Below, one piece after another: positions 26,552 through 40,406 of a stretch of DNA of 64,000 nucleotides; position 1 is the first letter of the stretch, and each line of letters starts with the position of its first letter. The position numbers and the translations under genes were made by a program. The DNA lies in NCBI GenBank assembly GCA_051294375.1, contig CM119265.1, positions 8,316,772-8,380,771 of the forward strand, in the 5' to 3' direction. Source of the DNA: Paraspadella gotoi. Its lineage: Eukaryota > Animalia > Chaetognatha. Under the pieces are notes generated by a model. It did not search any database. It worked only from the letters and a program-made list of their open reading frames with translations, and had not been told where the DNA came from.

Positions 26552-29500
26552 TCAGTGAGAATCGGCTTGAATGTTTCTCAAAACCCTCGCGCGCTTCTCG
26601 TTATTTTCAAAGAGGGCGCGAATAACGTTCTTGACTTCGAAGGCGGAGAAAACCGCGGCTAGCTGACCTTTCCCATCCGCCCACCGCTCGTTTATTTCCA
26701 CGAGGCTGGCGTTGAGGACGATTCGGAGTTCCGTGAAGCGTTGCCACTTGGGCAAAAGTTTGAAAAGATTGTCAACGGGTGAATTATCGTCATCGGGCGG
26801 GGGCGAGGCTTTGAGCAGCCGGGGGAGCCGAGTCTCCAGGGTTCCCAAAAGTTGGTAAAGCTGAAAGGCGAAGTCGGCGCCGACGTCCTCCAGCAGGAGG
26901 ATGGAAGACGTGATGTCATTGACGACGAAGTTGACAAGTACTGACATGGCCTGTAGGGTGGAGTGATGAAAAGATTAAGCGAGTTAACAATTTTTTTTGC
27001 TGCCTCCGTAGATGCAATTAAAGAAAAATATGCCTTTTAAATTTTTTTTTTTTTTGCATAACAGTATAGCAAATTGTATTTTCTTTGTAATAATATCCTT
27101 ATAAATTTGTTTTTAAATTTTAATAACAGATTCGGATTCGTCAGAAAAAAATAAAAAACTTTTATAAGATATGTTATATGATTTTTTTAATGTTAAAGCT
27201 GCGAAAAACGACAAATGGTTTATCATATAATAATTTTTACTACAGAAAGTTAAAAAGTTGAGAATTTTGACCTTTTTTCAAATTTTGACACTGAAGACAA
27301 ATAAATTCATAGTAACATGTTCTAGAAGAAGAAAATAGTAATAATAATAAGGAGAGAATGAAGAATTGTGATGTTATAATAGAAGTAGAAAAGAAGTTAG
27401 ACTAGCTCTCTCCTGATCTACTTTTATCAATGCCCGGACCAACTTGACCTTACCGGTCCTGTTGCTATGTTCGGTCAGTCTAGTCTAGTCTAGTCTAGTC
27501 AGAGAGGAAGGTTTAGAGAGAGAGAGAGACCGATCGTAAGTCCCCTCAATGTTCTATATTTTTGGTCTAACTTTTTATGAGAAATCTAAATCATAATAAA
27601 AATTTGAAAAAAATTATTTTAAAAATTTCTTATTTTATAAGGATAATACTATAAATATATTGTATTTGGCTTTTCTGTTCCCGAAATAATATTAAAAAGG
27701 CGATCTATAATTTGGAACGCCGCCGACGACGACGACGCCACTTATGTGCAAAACCACAGCAATATCGTCGCAATCGCTTTGTATTCAATAATAATACTAT
27801 CTCGCATAAAATTATTATTGTTAATTGACTCAAAACAAATTTTTGTTCTCAAGTGCTCCACTCTAATGGCCTCTCGGTTTAGGTATTGAATTGCCCGATG
27901 TTGAAATCATAAATTTAAATTTTAAACGACAACCTTGATGTAAATAGAGTTGGGCATGACGCCTCTCCAGGTCTTCGCCAACTGGTTTAAGAGAAACAAG
28001 ATCTGACGGAGGCTTTTTTCCACGTCTTGGATGGTGGGATTGATTGGGTCGTAGACGAAACCTTTGGCACCTGATGAGAAACAGGAAAACTGAACATTTG
28101 AACACCGAAACGGGCGATGAGTTTGACCTCACCTTTCAGCGTTTCCATCAATTGCGTGCGCAAACTGTTCATCATCGACAAGAAATGAGTCCCGGCCATT
28201 TTTCTTAACGGATGAACCAAATCTATTAAAGACGCCGCCGCAGATGCGCCCTTTGTCGTCTGCTCGGAAAAAAGGTAGATATAACGTCGCACAAAAAGGC
28301 TTCCCCTTGGGCCAACATAAGGGGCTGCCTCCTGGAGCAGTTTACCTTTTAGGGAACAATTTTTTATTCATTTAATGGTATTTTTAATAAAATATATTAA
28401 GAAGCTACCCCAAAGGGCTACCCCTGGGTAAATTCAGAGTTGGAACCATATATCCGGATTAAATTTAAAAAACCATTACTCTAAAATGGTCAGTAGTTTT
28501 AAAAATGTAATTGAAAATTCTTCACGCTTTTTACTTTCAGTTGAGGCATTGATTGTTTTAAAATATATATTAATATTATTCTCATTTGGATGTAGCAAAG
28601 GCAACTACCATTTTCTCCGCGCGCTTTTGAAGAAAAATATTTGAATACTTTTTCTTTAATTCTATTCTCAAATATACTACCTGTTAGAATTATAAAAAAA
28701 ATATTTATAATATAAAAATACTTTTGGCAGGGTATATAATGCATGTTTATTAAAAAGTTTATAAGTAAAAAGGTATAGTTAGGGTAAATTATTGTTACAA
28801 TCAATTTTTTTAATAAACTTACACATTTATTCTTAAAAATTATTAATTATGTTAAAGGAATAATTTTATCAATTTATAATTCTGAAAGCATAATAAACAA
28901 ATTAGGTTAATAATAAGATAACGATTTAAGCCTATTCTTTAAAATCTTTTTCAAAATTTAGTAATTTTACTTTACAGAAATTGAAATAAGTTTAATTTGG
29001 ATGGCTTTATTAAGGTGTAAGTATATGAAATTTAAGATATGGCTCCCAGCAAATGTAATATATTGGATGTGCTTAAAAATATGCAAATCAAAGCACTATA
29101 AAATAAAACTTTACCTTCAAAGGCGCAGGGTGTCGACCCCGAAATATAATTCCAAAAGTGGTGATATGATGAGCTAGAAACCTGAGAAAAGATTCAAAGA
29201 GATAATTGGAAGTAATTGTAAGAAAAATGAGCCACTCTTCCTACATGGTATTGTTATGGTGGATTGCGGCGGCCAGGGGCAGTTCCTCCAGCAACTTTGC
29301 GTGGTAAGTCGGAACCACGTCAAGGAAAAGCTCAAACATTTTGCGTACGGAGAAAACCAATTGTACTCCGGTTGAATCGCTTGGAGACGTGCATCCAGCT
29401 GTGGATTGTGAAGAGTCAAGTCGAAAAAAACTTTCAGGAAAGTCTTCGCGTTTATGTACTTACCGTGGTAAGTCTGTAAAGCGAGATCCATCAGTTCGTA

Positions 29501-31494
29501 AATGCATTTACTGACGGAACACCTCGGCATGTTAAAGGGCGACGATAAGACGGGTCTGAGGTTATTGGAATCCAAAGCCTCTAAAACGCCGGACTCGGTC
29601 TCCGACAGAGTCGTGGAAGCTTGTGAACGGAAAACTAGGTGAGTCATACTTAAATTTGAAAACGACGGATATGTGGCCTTACCCGTCACGTCCAGTTTCA
29701 TTCCTTCCAGAAATGTGGGAGAATCTTTTCCTTCGACAACGATCGTGTCTAAAATGTTTGTCGTCATCAAAGCCCGAGCTTTCGTTAAAGCATCCTGTCA
29801 AGAAAAATATTGTTTTTCATCGTTCTACATAACTCGCCAAAATAACACCAAGCATTTTAGATGACAACCTGACATTGTTTGGCGGCGCAGAGTTTCGGAA
29901 GATTCGATACGTACGACTCGACACGAGCGTGATCTTGCTCCTCCACCAGTGACATCTGCAACAACGCTTCAGAAAATGTCGCAACGTGGGCCGAGTAAGC
30001 TTCAGGTGTGAGGGAAAACTTTTCCTGAGAATATATTTATATGCTTATGATAGTATAAAAAAGAACCTCGATAATAAGAATTAGATAAAGAAAATCATTA
30101 TTGGCTAAGGAACTAACCTCGCGAACCATCTGCGCATCCGTCTGAGGGAGAGTTTTATCTAGCGCTCCCAAAACGATGTCAAGAAGGGATGACGTGAGGT
30201 GTTTACGAACAAGAGAGGCCACCGTTGCTCCCCCACACCGCGGCTCAGTGGGCTTCAAACACAATAAAGAGATATCGAGCGCGCGTAAAAAAGTGACGAC
30301 GCTTTCCAGGCGATCGAAGACAGAGACGGGTGCGCAATCGTGACGAAGATTTACAGTCAGAAGGGCTGTCGATAAATCCAATGATTAAAGCATTATAACA
30401 TATATACCTGGATTAGAGATAAAATAAGCAAAATATGCCGCTGCCTTACCTTCATCCGAGTCGACAATCAAGTGGGCGTTAGTATCGGCTTTAAACAGAG
30501 GTTTGAGCAGCGCGCCAACCAGCTTATCACTGGTGCGCTTTAATTCGTGTCCCAACTCATTATAAGTAGACAGGGCGTCCATGACGTCGATCATTCGGCT
30601 TTGTGATTCCCCATCGTGAAAAATCTACGAGATAAATTTAGCTAAAATTAAATTTTGATTCTCGTTCAAGGATTATTAAAGAAATATAAGGGGGTATGTT
30701 GCCTGAGATAAGATAGGCATATAACTAGGTACCAAAAGGTTCAGTGTTCATTAATATCACCTTGAGTTCCGTTTCATTGGAAGTCTGACGGAACTGAACC
30801 GAACTGCGCCACTGAATTTGAGCCTCGTAGATGATTAGTTCGCGTAAAACAGTCAATTCTGTTTTGACGACGTTGAGCGCTTTGAGCTCTTCCGCGTCTC
30901 CCGCCGACTGCTAAAGAGGAGGTAGTGACGATCAGTGATAAAGTCCTTTTTTTCCAATCATAACGCGAAAGTGGCACCTGCATTATCTTTTCGGTCTGCG
31001 CAAGCGTTTCGGCGGCGGAGCGAAAGTTTCGAGCCTTCAAATAACTTCGCGTCTGTTTGAGATTATCGTTCAGACGCGCTAATGAGTTGAGGAGAGAAAG
31101 TATTTCTTTGGTAATATCTAAGTGCGACTTAAGCGTCGAATACTCTTGGGTGGACAAGTGCAACTGAGCAGTCGCGTTTTCCACTTTTTCCTTGAGGTCT
31201 TTCATCTCGTTCATGCGATCTTCCATCTGAGGAAAGAATAACGGATTGAAATTAGGCGGAAATCCCATTAAACCCCCCGCTTTCCTCTTTTTTCTTGACC
31301 TGAACCAATAGATCCAGCGAAGGTTCGTGCAAAGTGTCGTATTCGACATATTCTTTCTTCAAGTCGCAATAAAGTCCTCGCTTGAGCTCCTCCGACTTAA
31401 CCGACAATTTATCGCTGCATTCGTTTAGTTCTTTCAACTGATTCATTCCTCCCCGACGGGCGGAAGTCAAAATCTCGGAAACGAGCGAACTCAT
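26552..31494 (-). CDS. ZW10: Centromere/kinetochore protein ZW10
   Basis: MSSLVSEIL, FNMPRCSVS, HNNTM, WQRFTELRIVLNASLVEINERWADGKGQLA...EVKNVIRALFENNEKRA. Confidence 0.92.
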
Positions 31495-31833
31495 TGTTAA
31501 TTCTATGTTCTAAAGAAAAAAGTGAAAACGAGAAATAGATTTCATAAATCATGACTAAAGACAACACCACCGACCGTAAAACTAAAAGATTAAACCTACA
31601 AAAACAAATTTGACGAGAACCTGGGCGTTACTTCGAATCTCTACTAGTAATTCAAATATCTTTCCCGCCGCGGGAAAAAAGACAAGCCTCAAAATTTTGT
31701 CCAAATTCAGTCTTTTGCCCGAGGACGAATCGACAGTCGTTCCACTATTGTGAACTGCCGAGGGGAAAATAAATAGGCGTGAGAGCAGAGGGTGAAGTAC
31801 AAGTGAAATGCCTACGCGTCGGAGAGAAGGAGA

Positions 31834-34800
31834 TCATTGATCTTTGAACGCCTTGCGCTTTCGTCGCGGCGGTTCGTCGGCGAAGGACGCCGAAGCAGCC
31901 GTCGCTCCCGCCGCAGATTGGCGGATGAAGATCGAGACCCAGGCCATTAGGGCCTGGCCATAGGAGAGGAGGGAAGCGTGATAGTAGGCGGCGAGGATTA
32001 GGAGAAGGATGACGGGAAACGTGAAGAGTCCGTTGCCTTGCATAGAAAGCTCCGCGTCGAGGGGTTTAAAAGTGGGGGAGAAGGTGAAGGAGAAGTGAGC
32101 GAAGGGGCGGTTGGCGACGAAGTGGAGTTTCATCGAGTCTGTATAAGCGGGTCGAAAGAAATAAACGTTAAAATAAAAAGAACGTAAGTGATAAATTCTT
32201 CAGTGGGACGGGATTGGTATTGACTTACCTGGATACTCATATCGGTGTCGTGGCAAATTGCTCTCGAGGACGATGACGTATTTCCGATCGTCGATGGGGA
32301 TTGAGGGAAAGAAGAAGAAGGGGACTTGCCCGAGAAGTACCGTGTGAACGGGGGAATCCTCGTTCTCTTCGTGACAAAGTTTCGCCTTCAGACTCGTCAC
32401 GAATTCCAGGGATGTTTGAACGTTACCGGAAACGTCCATATCTTTCATCTTAACAAAAAAATTATTTGTAAGAAATACTTGTGGCACAAATTTAACGACG
32501 GACGGACTCGATTCAATTTCTCAAACCTTTCTCAGCGCGATGAATGTGAAGTTGTAGAGATCTCTAGAGGGCATGGAGACCTTGATTTCTTCCGGGGTCG
32601 TCCGTTCAAGAAGCCCGTTTCCGGGACATATCGCGGCGGATTTCACGCGAATCTGGAGAGTTTAGGATCATTTTAATAGATTTCAATAAAGAATAAAAAC
32701 GGCTTTTTTTCTCACTAACATTGTAATGACACCCGGGGCTTAGGCCTCTGACACGGAAGACGCCCAAAGAATCTGTCTTGGCTTCCTCTTGAGACACGCG
32801 GCACCCTTCCACATTGTTAGATCCCAAAGCTTCGACCGCGATTGCGGATTCGCCTGAGCGAAGAGAAAACCAATGAAAATGATATTTGACAGTCAAATCT
32901 CTTCCATGAAGCTAAACAACTTACCTTCGCCGTTCAAGGATTTGACGACTCCGTAGATACTGAAAGCAACACGACGACCGACCATCTTTAGGTTAACAGT
33001 GGTTCCCTCGGCAACATCGATCATCTGTCAATGAATGAAGTAGTGTTCAGTTGGTTAAGAAAAGACGTCGACAAAACCACGGCGTAATTTCTCTACCTGA
33101 TTAGGCGGCTCGAACTCGTATTCCTTCTTCATGGGCCGGAGGAAATACTGTCCCGGACTTAAGCGTGTAAACACCAAAGCCCCTTGATCGTTGGTCATAT
33201 TGTTGCTGCGGTATCCCTGTCCTCCGGAAAGCGACAATAAAACCCCTGGTAATTCTTTGTCTTCCTCTTGACTGTCCAATACTTGAACCTGATGGATAAT
33301 CAATTTAAAAACTTTAATAAACCATAAACAGGGGAGTGAAAGATACGTTAGATTGTTCGTTTGAAAACACACCATGATTTCTCCTAATTTGAAAGCTTTG
33401 AAGTTGTATGGGTTGTCGGAGTCAGGAGTAAGGACAAAGTTTTCTTTCTTCGCTATCACGGAATACGTCGTGGAACCGTCCAGAGGACCCACGCTGATAA
33501 AAGTTAAGATACAGATCTGAGGTCTAAACATCATTTACAAATTTAAACGTTCTTTCCATCAACCTGTATCGCCCATTTTCGTCAGTCTCTACTGCAATTT
33601 TGTTTTCAGTTTTTTTGGTGTCAACATCAGCATTCTGCAACAGAAAATTAATTTGTTGAGCGACAATCAGAATAAAAATATTAAACTCATCTCGATGCAT
33701 TTTTTTAGAAATGGCACCTCATCGGTAGAGGCCTGATCGGGCCCGGGTTCAGTTGAACTAGGAATAATGACGACTTTGACTCCGGCAGACGGGGGCGTGA
33801 CCAGGCCTGAAATGAAAACGCCTTCGGTTCCCATGATGACGGCCGGCATCGCTTGGCAACCGTCGTCCGCTTTTATGGTCGTCGTCACCGACTCCGGTTT
33901 GAAAAGTAACTTTCCCGCCGTCGGCGTTATCTTAAACGAATCGCCATGACGTCCCCAGTGACGCAGTTTGTATACGTATCGGTCTCCCGAGCGTGATTCC
34001 AGGATCAAAGGTCCAAGAGTCACGGAAGAGTCGTCGTTGAGTGACGTCACAGTGGCGCTCAAATCCGGCGTCTGTGAAAGTGATGAAAAAAGAAAAGGAT
34101 ATTTCTAAATTCATAATCTTCAAAATCGCATTCTGTAGGGATAGGCCTACCTCGACGTCCGTGTGAATCTCGGCGTCGAGGGCGTGCGTGACGGCGGCGA
34201 TGTTGAGTGGCGCCGCAGCGGACGAGGCCGACGTATCGAATCGGTAAACGTTCTGCTCAAATCGATGACAATCGGACTTTGGCATCAGACTGTAAACGCC
34301 GGGGTCAGAGAGGCAGAAACGGTTCAAGCCTTTAACCAGGTGAAAGGAGCCCACTTTTTCCTCGGCAGCAGTCGGCGCGGGTAAAGGCTGGGTAGAGAAT
34401 AGAGTTTTTAACTAAAGATACAAAAACAAAGTTGTCAAAATTTAGAACTTAGTACCTTTACTTCCCCTTTCGTCTTTTTCGCCGTCTCCTTCTCCCGCTC
34501 CAGCTCGAAATCGAGACTGGTGTCGTGAGAGATGTCACAGGAGAGACGAAAGCCAGATTGAGTAAAGACGGCGAGCGACTTGGCGGCGTCGCCTGGCAAC
34601 GATGCAGAGACCAAGGTCCACTCCTCAGTCCAACAAAGACTGCCTTTAACGACAGATACGTTGTAATTACCGGGAAGGATGTCCGTCGCCTAAATATTGG
34701 TTAATGGTTATACGACGATATACGTAATTACGTCAGTATATATATTGTATATATATATATATTGTACATTTACCCTGAAAACGGCTTCTTCGTTTGTTAC

Positions 34801-37602
34801 GCCTTTTTGCACAGAGGCTTCGACGATTACTTCCGGGGTCGCAACGGGCGATATCGTAACGCGCATACCCTCGTTCTGCCCATCGGGAGCAATTTGGCAC
34901 GCTCCGAGGCATTTTATGACGCCGTCGATAGAACCCATGGCCTTTTCAGGAAAATTGGACATTAAGAGAACAAGAACGGTAATTCAAATGTGTTGCACCG
35001 AATTGGCTTCCTTATCACATGTATTTCTCGTGACATAACATGACATGGCATGAATACATGATTACAATTATTTTATTCGCCCGAGTATTTATAACATACA
35101 CTGCATCAAAATACCGTCTTTTATTCTTTTATAGTTTTATGATTTCCTAGAGGCGGTTTTTTTTGTCTAACAAATGAGCAACCAACTATAAGCAAATTAT
35201 ATGCATTTTTAACGTAAGTGGAAAAGATCGACGGACAGACATACCGACCGACCGACTAACAAGTGACTTTTAGTTGCTCCACGAGTAAAAGTGAAAAAAA
35301 AAAAAAAAAATAGCTGCGTTACCTGATTAAATTGAACATTTCGAACAGGTTCGTGGTCGACCACGACTTTGAGAGTTGTAGGATTCAGAATAAACCCGTG
35401 ACCTGCAAAGGAAAGTAAGAAGATCAGTTATTGTCGATTTGTTTGCACTTCGAAGGAAACCCCCCCCCCAAAAAAAAAAATTAAAAGAATCTCCTTACCA
35501 TTTTCTTCATCAGTCACATCTGGCGTGACCGAATATCGCCCAGGCGCCAACTTGGTGCAAAATTCAGAGACGGTTCGATCGAAAGTCACGTCCAAAGAAG
35601 TGACGAAATTGTCCTCCCGCGTAAAGGTCACGCGTCGTGGTTGGGTAGCGAATGCCCTCGTCAAGGCGACGGGGATTTCGCGGAGAGAAATTTGACCGCA
35701 GACGTCGAATTCGTTCGGCAGGATTTCCGGAAGGAGTGGAGTGTTGGGCGTGATCTTTGTCTTCGTGGGAGAAAAGTAGTATCCTAAGTAAGAAATTTTA
35801 TTTTTATTTTTAAGCTTTTTAGTCTATTTTTATATTTCTATATTAAAAAAAAAAAAACACCACATACCTGAACCTTCGGGGGCCCTGACTGCAATAGTAT
35901 AGGTTCCTGTCTTAATGTTTTCCAGTTTATAAACTCCCTCGTCGTTGGTGGAAGTGACGATGGAACCGTCGAGGGAGATGGAAGCGCCGGCGACCGGCGT
36001 CCCGGACGGCGTCACGCGGACGATACCTGGGAGAGATTTTAAGAGGATGATACGAAAGCTTTAGAACGACAAACGAAATGGAATTCCCAAATCCCCAGCC
36101 TCAAACCTTGAACGGTAAAGCCTTCCACGCGAAACACCTCTTCAATGTCCCGGTGGGCGTGGCGGATCTCTAACGAGACGGAGGGCGGCAGAACATCGAA
36201 CCGAATGCTCTGCCCCACGTAGTGCGGGACGACAGCGTAACGACCGTTGGGGAGGCGCGAGAAGACAAACGTGCCATCGACACCGCTGGAGACGAAGCAG
36301 AGCGGCTTCAGGTCGGAAGCTGCGAGGTCGTGAGAAGCGGTTGGGGGAATGGTGTTAGTCATGCAGTCTTCGGGAGGGAAGACGCCGTGAGCAGAGTGGA
36401 GGACGAACTTTACGTCCTTAATAGGTTCGCCCTCGCTGACGACGCGGCCCTTGACGTCGTAGCCGGCAACAACGAGCTTTTCATCGATGGAGCGCAGGCC
36501 GGTGGTGATGGTGACGGGAAAAGAGGGGCGCGAGAAGACGAGACCTTCTCGCGACGCTGAGATCACGTAGTCGCCAGGAAGGAGAGAAGCGAAGGAGTAG
36601 CGACCTGTTGCGTCAGTGACGGCGGAAGCCACCAGCTCGTCACCGTGGCGAATAGAGACGACGACACCTTCTGGCCCTTCCTCGTCGCCGGCGCTGATGA
36701 CACCGCCATCTACGGCGATTCCCTCGAACCGAAAGTTAATGTCCTCGCCCAGGCTGCAAGGATCAGTCGATCCGTCGACAGTCACCTCGAGCTCCCGCGG
36801 GGTGAAGCTCCATCCACTCTGCGATTCTACCTAAAAATGAAAAAGAATAAGATAGGTTCATCTAATGTGTTGAGACGTAGTGACTTTATTTTCACGTTTA
36901 TTTCCCTATGATCACATAACATGATATAAAATGATTACAATAACTTTCTTAGCCCGCGTATTTATGACACGCACTGCATCGGAATTCCGTCTTTTATTCC
37001 TAATAGTTTTAGGATTTCCTGAAGGCTAACAGTCACTTAGACTTAAGGTTTTTTCTTAACAAATGATCAACCAACTTGAAGCGAATTATAAGCATTTTTA
37101 ACGACAGACCGACCGACCGACAAGGGACTTATAGATTTGCTTAGCGAGCGGCGCAACTAAAAATGATTATCTAAATACATCAAAGATCCTTGCCCCCTGC
37201 CTCTCGAGATTGCTCTCTCACCCTGCAGCAATTACTTTAGCAGCTGCAGGATATAGAGGATGTTATTATGTTATTATGGTACATTCCAATGATTATTTAA
37301 CACTATCTAAATAACACCTTGATAACGTAGCTGCCCTTGTCGTAGACTGGAATGAGATAGTAGCCGTTGTTGGGCGCGCAGTCGGTGGAATACTTGAGCG
37401 CGCCCTGTTGCGTGTAGAGTTTGACCTCGACCAAAGAAAAGTTGATGATGGCGTCGCTCTTGACGAAACCCCCACACCCGAAAAAGTCTTGAGCATGGGC
37501 GAAAGAGTTTAATAAAACGGAAGCCAGTAATAATCCGACAAGCCGTAACGGAGAGGGAGACAGCGTAAGAAGCTTAGTTCTGGATTGGAGAGCCGTCGAC
37601 AT
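31834..37602 (-). CDS. NOMO1: Nodal modulator (BOS complex subunit)
   Basis: Signal peptide, GCGGFVKS...LKYSTDCAPNNGYYLIPVYDKG, repeated beta-sandwich domains, GVLLSLSGG, YFLRPMKKEY, C-terminal TM and basic tail. Confidence 0.93.
34969..35290 (+). mobile_element. HINE-like element, copy 2 (NOMO intron)
   Basis: aacaagaacggtaattcaaatgtgttgc...gacggacagacataccgacc...agttgctcc, shared with copy 1. Confidence 0.65.
36866..37163 (+). mobile_element. HINE-like element, copy 3 (NOMO intron)
   Basis: Shares actgcatc...ccgtcttttattc, taacaaatga, gacagaccgacc and the gcaactaaaaa end. Confidence 0.6.
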
Positions 37603-38364
37603 GGCGACGGTGAATTGGATCGGAGTCTGGACTATTTAGTCATTAATGCTGGTTTTACGATAATATAAAATAAACAAAAATTTACATTTGCGTCTACGAC
37701 AAATGTGAAACAGGAAAAATAACAAAAATAGGATGTGAGAATAGAATTGCCATGAACGAGGATAATCAAAGTTTAAAACTCAGACCACCAACATTAGTTT
37801 TTTGTGCAGATAAAACTCGGAACTTTAAGATGAGTATTCAAAAGGAGAATTAAATAATATAGGAACAACTAAAAACACCGAAGCTATGAAAAAAAATTAC
37901 AGAGCATGAAAAAAAAGGGCAAACCAGCTTCTAATCTACTACAAATGTGGTTAAAATGTACGGGGTAATCTGTAAGGTAATAAGCCTTAATTCATGTGTC
38001 ATGTGGCTAATAACGAGCGAATCGAAAGTATTGCCTGAGAACATAAGTCTAACTTCGTGATAATGATTCGCGGAGATCGGAATTGTGATAAGGAACAACT
38101 CTTTAACTACAACCGAATTTACAAATTTGAAAACGCTCTTTTCAAAAAAGCTTGGATCCGGAGAAGCCGAAAAATAAATCCCGAGCACGAAATTTTAATT
38201 TCACGGAATGAGTAAACTTTTGTCAAAAGTAGCACGACGCGAGGCTGGGGGGGGGGGGAGGATCGAGTCGAGTAGGATCGCCGCAAGAAAAAGAAAAGAA
38301 CCGCGCACCCACCGTCCGCTCCTACTACCTCCCCCCCGCCCCCTTTCCTCCGTATTTTCGCCGT

Positions 38365-39891
38365 TTAGGATTCGTCTTTGGCAGAGAGGAGCGTCTTGAC
38401 TCGGTCGAGGTCGTCGTTCCCGTCGGCGGGAGACTTTCGCGAAGAGTCCACCTCCGACGCTGGAGAAGATGACGTCGTCGTTTCCCCCACCACCCCCGTC
38501 ACGTCGAGAGGTTGAGCGGAGATGATCAGGGGTGGAGCTTTTTCTCGTGGTTTCATTGGGACTGGGGTCGTGGCGGGACTGGAGGACGTTTGGGTAGGGA
38601 TTCCCTTTACTTCGTTTTTCCTGTTACACCGAGAGAAAAAAAACGGTGGTTCTTGCGACCATCTACAAACCTAAAGGAAAAGGATGCCGCGAACCTGGAT
38701 GACTTCTGAACTAATTCGACGAGGTGAAAAAGGCTGTCGACCCTTCCTTTCAGCGCCTGAACTTGGCCATTGATTCCGCCGATTTCGTCGTCTCCATAAA
38801 AGGCGCTGAATCCAATATAGATACATGATAAATACAATAAAAAAAATCGAGAAGTAGGTTGGGAAGTAACATAAATTACCGGTACAGACTGACGGATTGG
38901 GCCCTCAAATCGCTCAACGACGCGTTGAATGCTCGCAAGACATTGGCACCGGCCGTGCGCTCCACCATCTGGCGCATGATCTCGTTGCGTTTTTGCGCGT
39001 CGTTGGTCTTGATCTCGAGTTCCTTGGCTTTGGCCTGAATAGAGGCCAAGTTGCCCCCCATAGTTGCCACCTGATGCTTCAACTCGTCCATTCGTCGGGG
39101 GAGATCGACGAGTTCGGAGGTGGTGGCCAGTGTGGCCTTCATCGACTCAAGACCGTCCTTAACTCCTCGAAGTTCTTGGGTCGATTTGGTCGCAGCGTCG
39201 CCGAGGCGTTCAACTGCGCCGGCGCCGCTAGCCACCTTGACGTCGAGAGTGTCGAGTCGCTGGCGCAGTTTGACAAGGTCGCCTGCGACCCCGCCGTCTG
39301 ACTCTGTGACGCGATGCACGGTGTCACGGAGCAGCGCCATCTCACGTTTCATCTCCATTTGCATCCAGGCCACGGCTGACAATTATAGTCAAATGTTTTC
39401 AAATCAAAAATCAACTCGGAGAGGGGGGGGGAGACCATCCAAATTAGCGAACAAACCTGCAACGCCGACGATGCTGACGACGCAGAGGATGAATGAACAG
39501 ATTCCGAGGCAAGTAAAGCAAGTGCGACCACAAGACTCGCAACCATCGCAGCACGAGCCGCGCTGGCGCCGTCTGAACCGCCGATCCGTCACCTTATGAG
39601 GAATAACTTTCGGTTTAAATCTGTGAAGGACAATGGACATGAACTTATCTTAAAAAGCAAATAAGAAACCTGGGCAAATAGGTCGGCTTCACCGCTGAGT
39701 TCCTGTTGAATGTCGTTCTCGGAATTGGAGCCGCTCTCCTCAAGAAGCTGATGCGTCCTTGACGACTTCCTGACGACACCCCCGCCGCTCCCGCCACTTC
39801 CGAATTTGGCGATCTTGTCCGCCGAGACGAGAGCATCCAGCTCTTTCCGCTTCTTCATCTTTTTGTTCGTTGGCTTAAAGTCGAGACTCAT
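38365..39891 (-). CDS. EFCAB14: EFCAB14-like type II membrane coiled-coil protein
   Basis: MKKRKELDAL...HQLL, Cys-rich pre-TM segment, TM ending AWMQMEMKRE, then a coiled coil. Confidence 0.7.
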
Positions 39892-40406
39892 TATGGTTTT
39901 TAGTTTCTTTACGAAAGACAGTTGTGAGGTGGGGCTGATTGATACTACGCTGATCCACGATGGATTTCAATCAATTTGTAACTCGTCCCTAGCTTTCCAT
40001 TGAATGTTCACCAATGTGTTTTGGATAAGAGTTTAAAACAACATCGCGACGGGGACACAACTAAAAAATTTAACATGTTTTTACATTGCGAAATATGTAT
40101 ACTATACTACGTCAGCATAATAAAAAAAACCCAAAACTCTTAAAATGTTGAGTATGGATTGCCCGATTCACGTTGAGCATGAGAAACGGAATGGAATGAA
40201 TGAAACTCTGGAGATCCTCCACGAGTGGAGCGATTTAATTAATTTAAAGATTGTGAAAATAGGAAAAAATAAAAAGTAAGATCGCCTGGATATGAAGCAA
40301 ACGATCTCGATCTGATTCTATAATGGTAGGACTAGCGGTACGATTGTCAGCCCACTTTCAAAAAAAGACATGAAAGTAAAAGGAGGCGTTTGTGCAAAGG
40401 AGCGAT

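Noticed and set aside
34095-34103. ATATCCTT (minus strand) as a U12 donor
   Set aside because: It lies inside an ordinary GT-AG NOMO intron rather than at an exon boundary.
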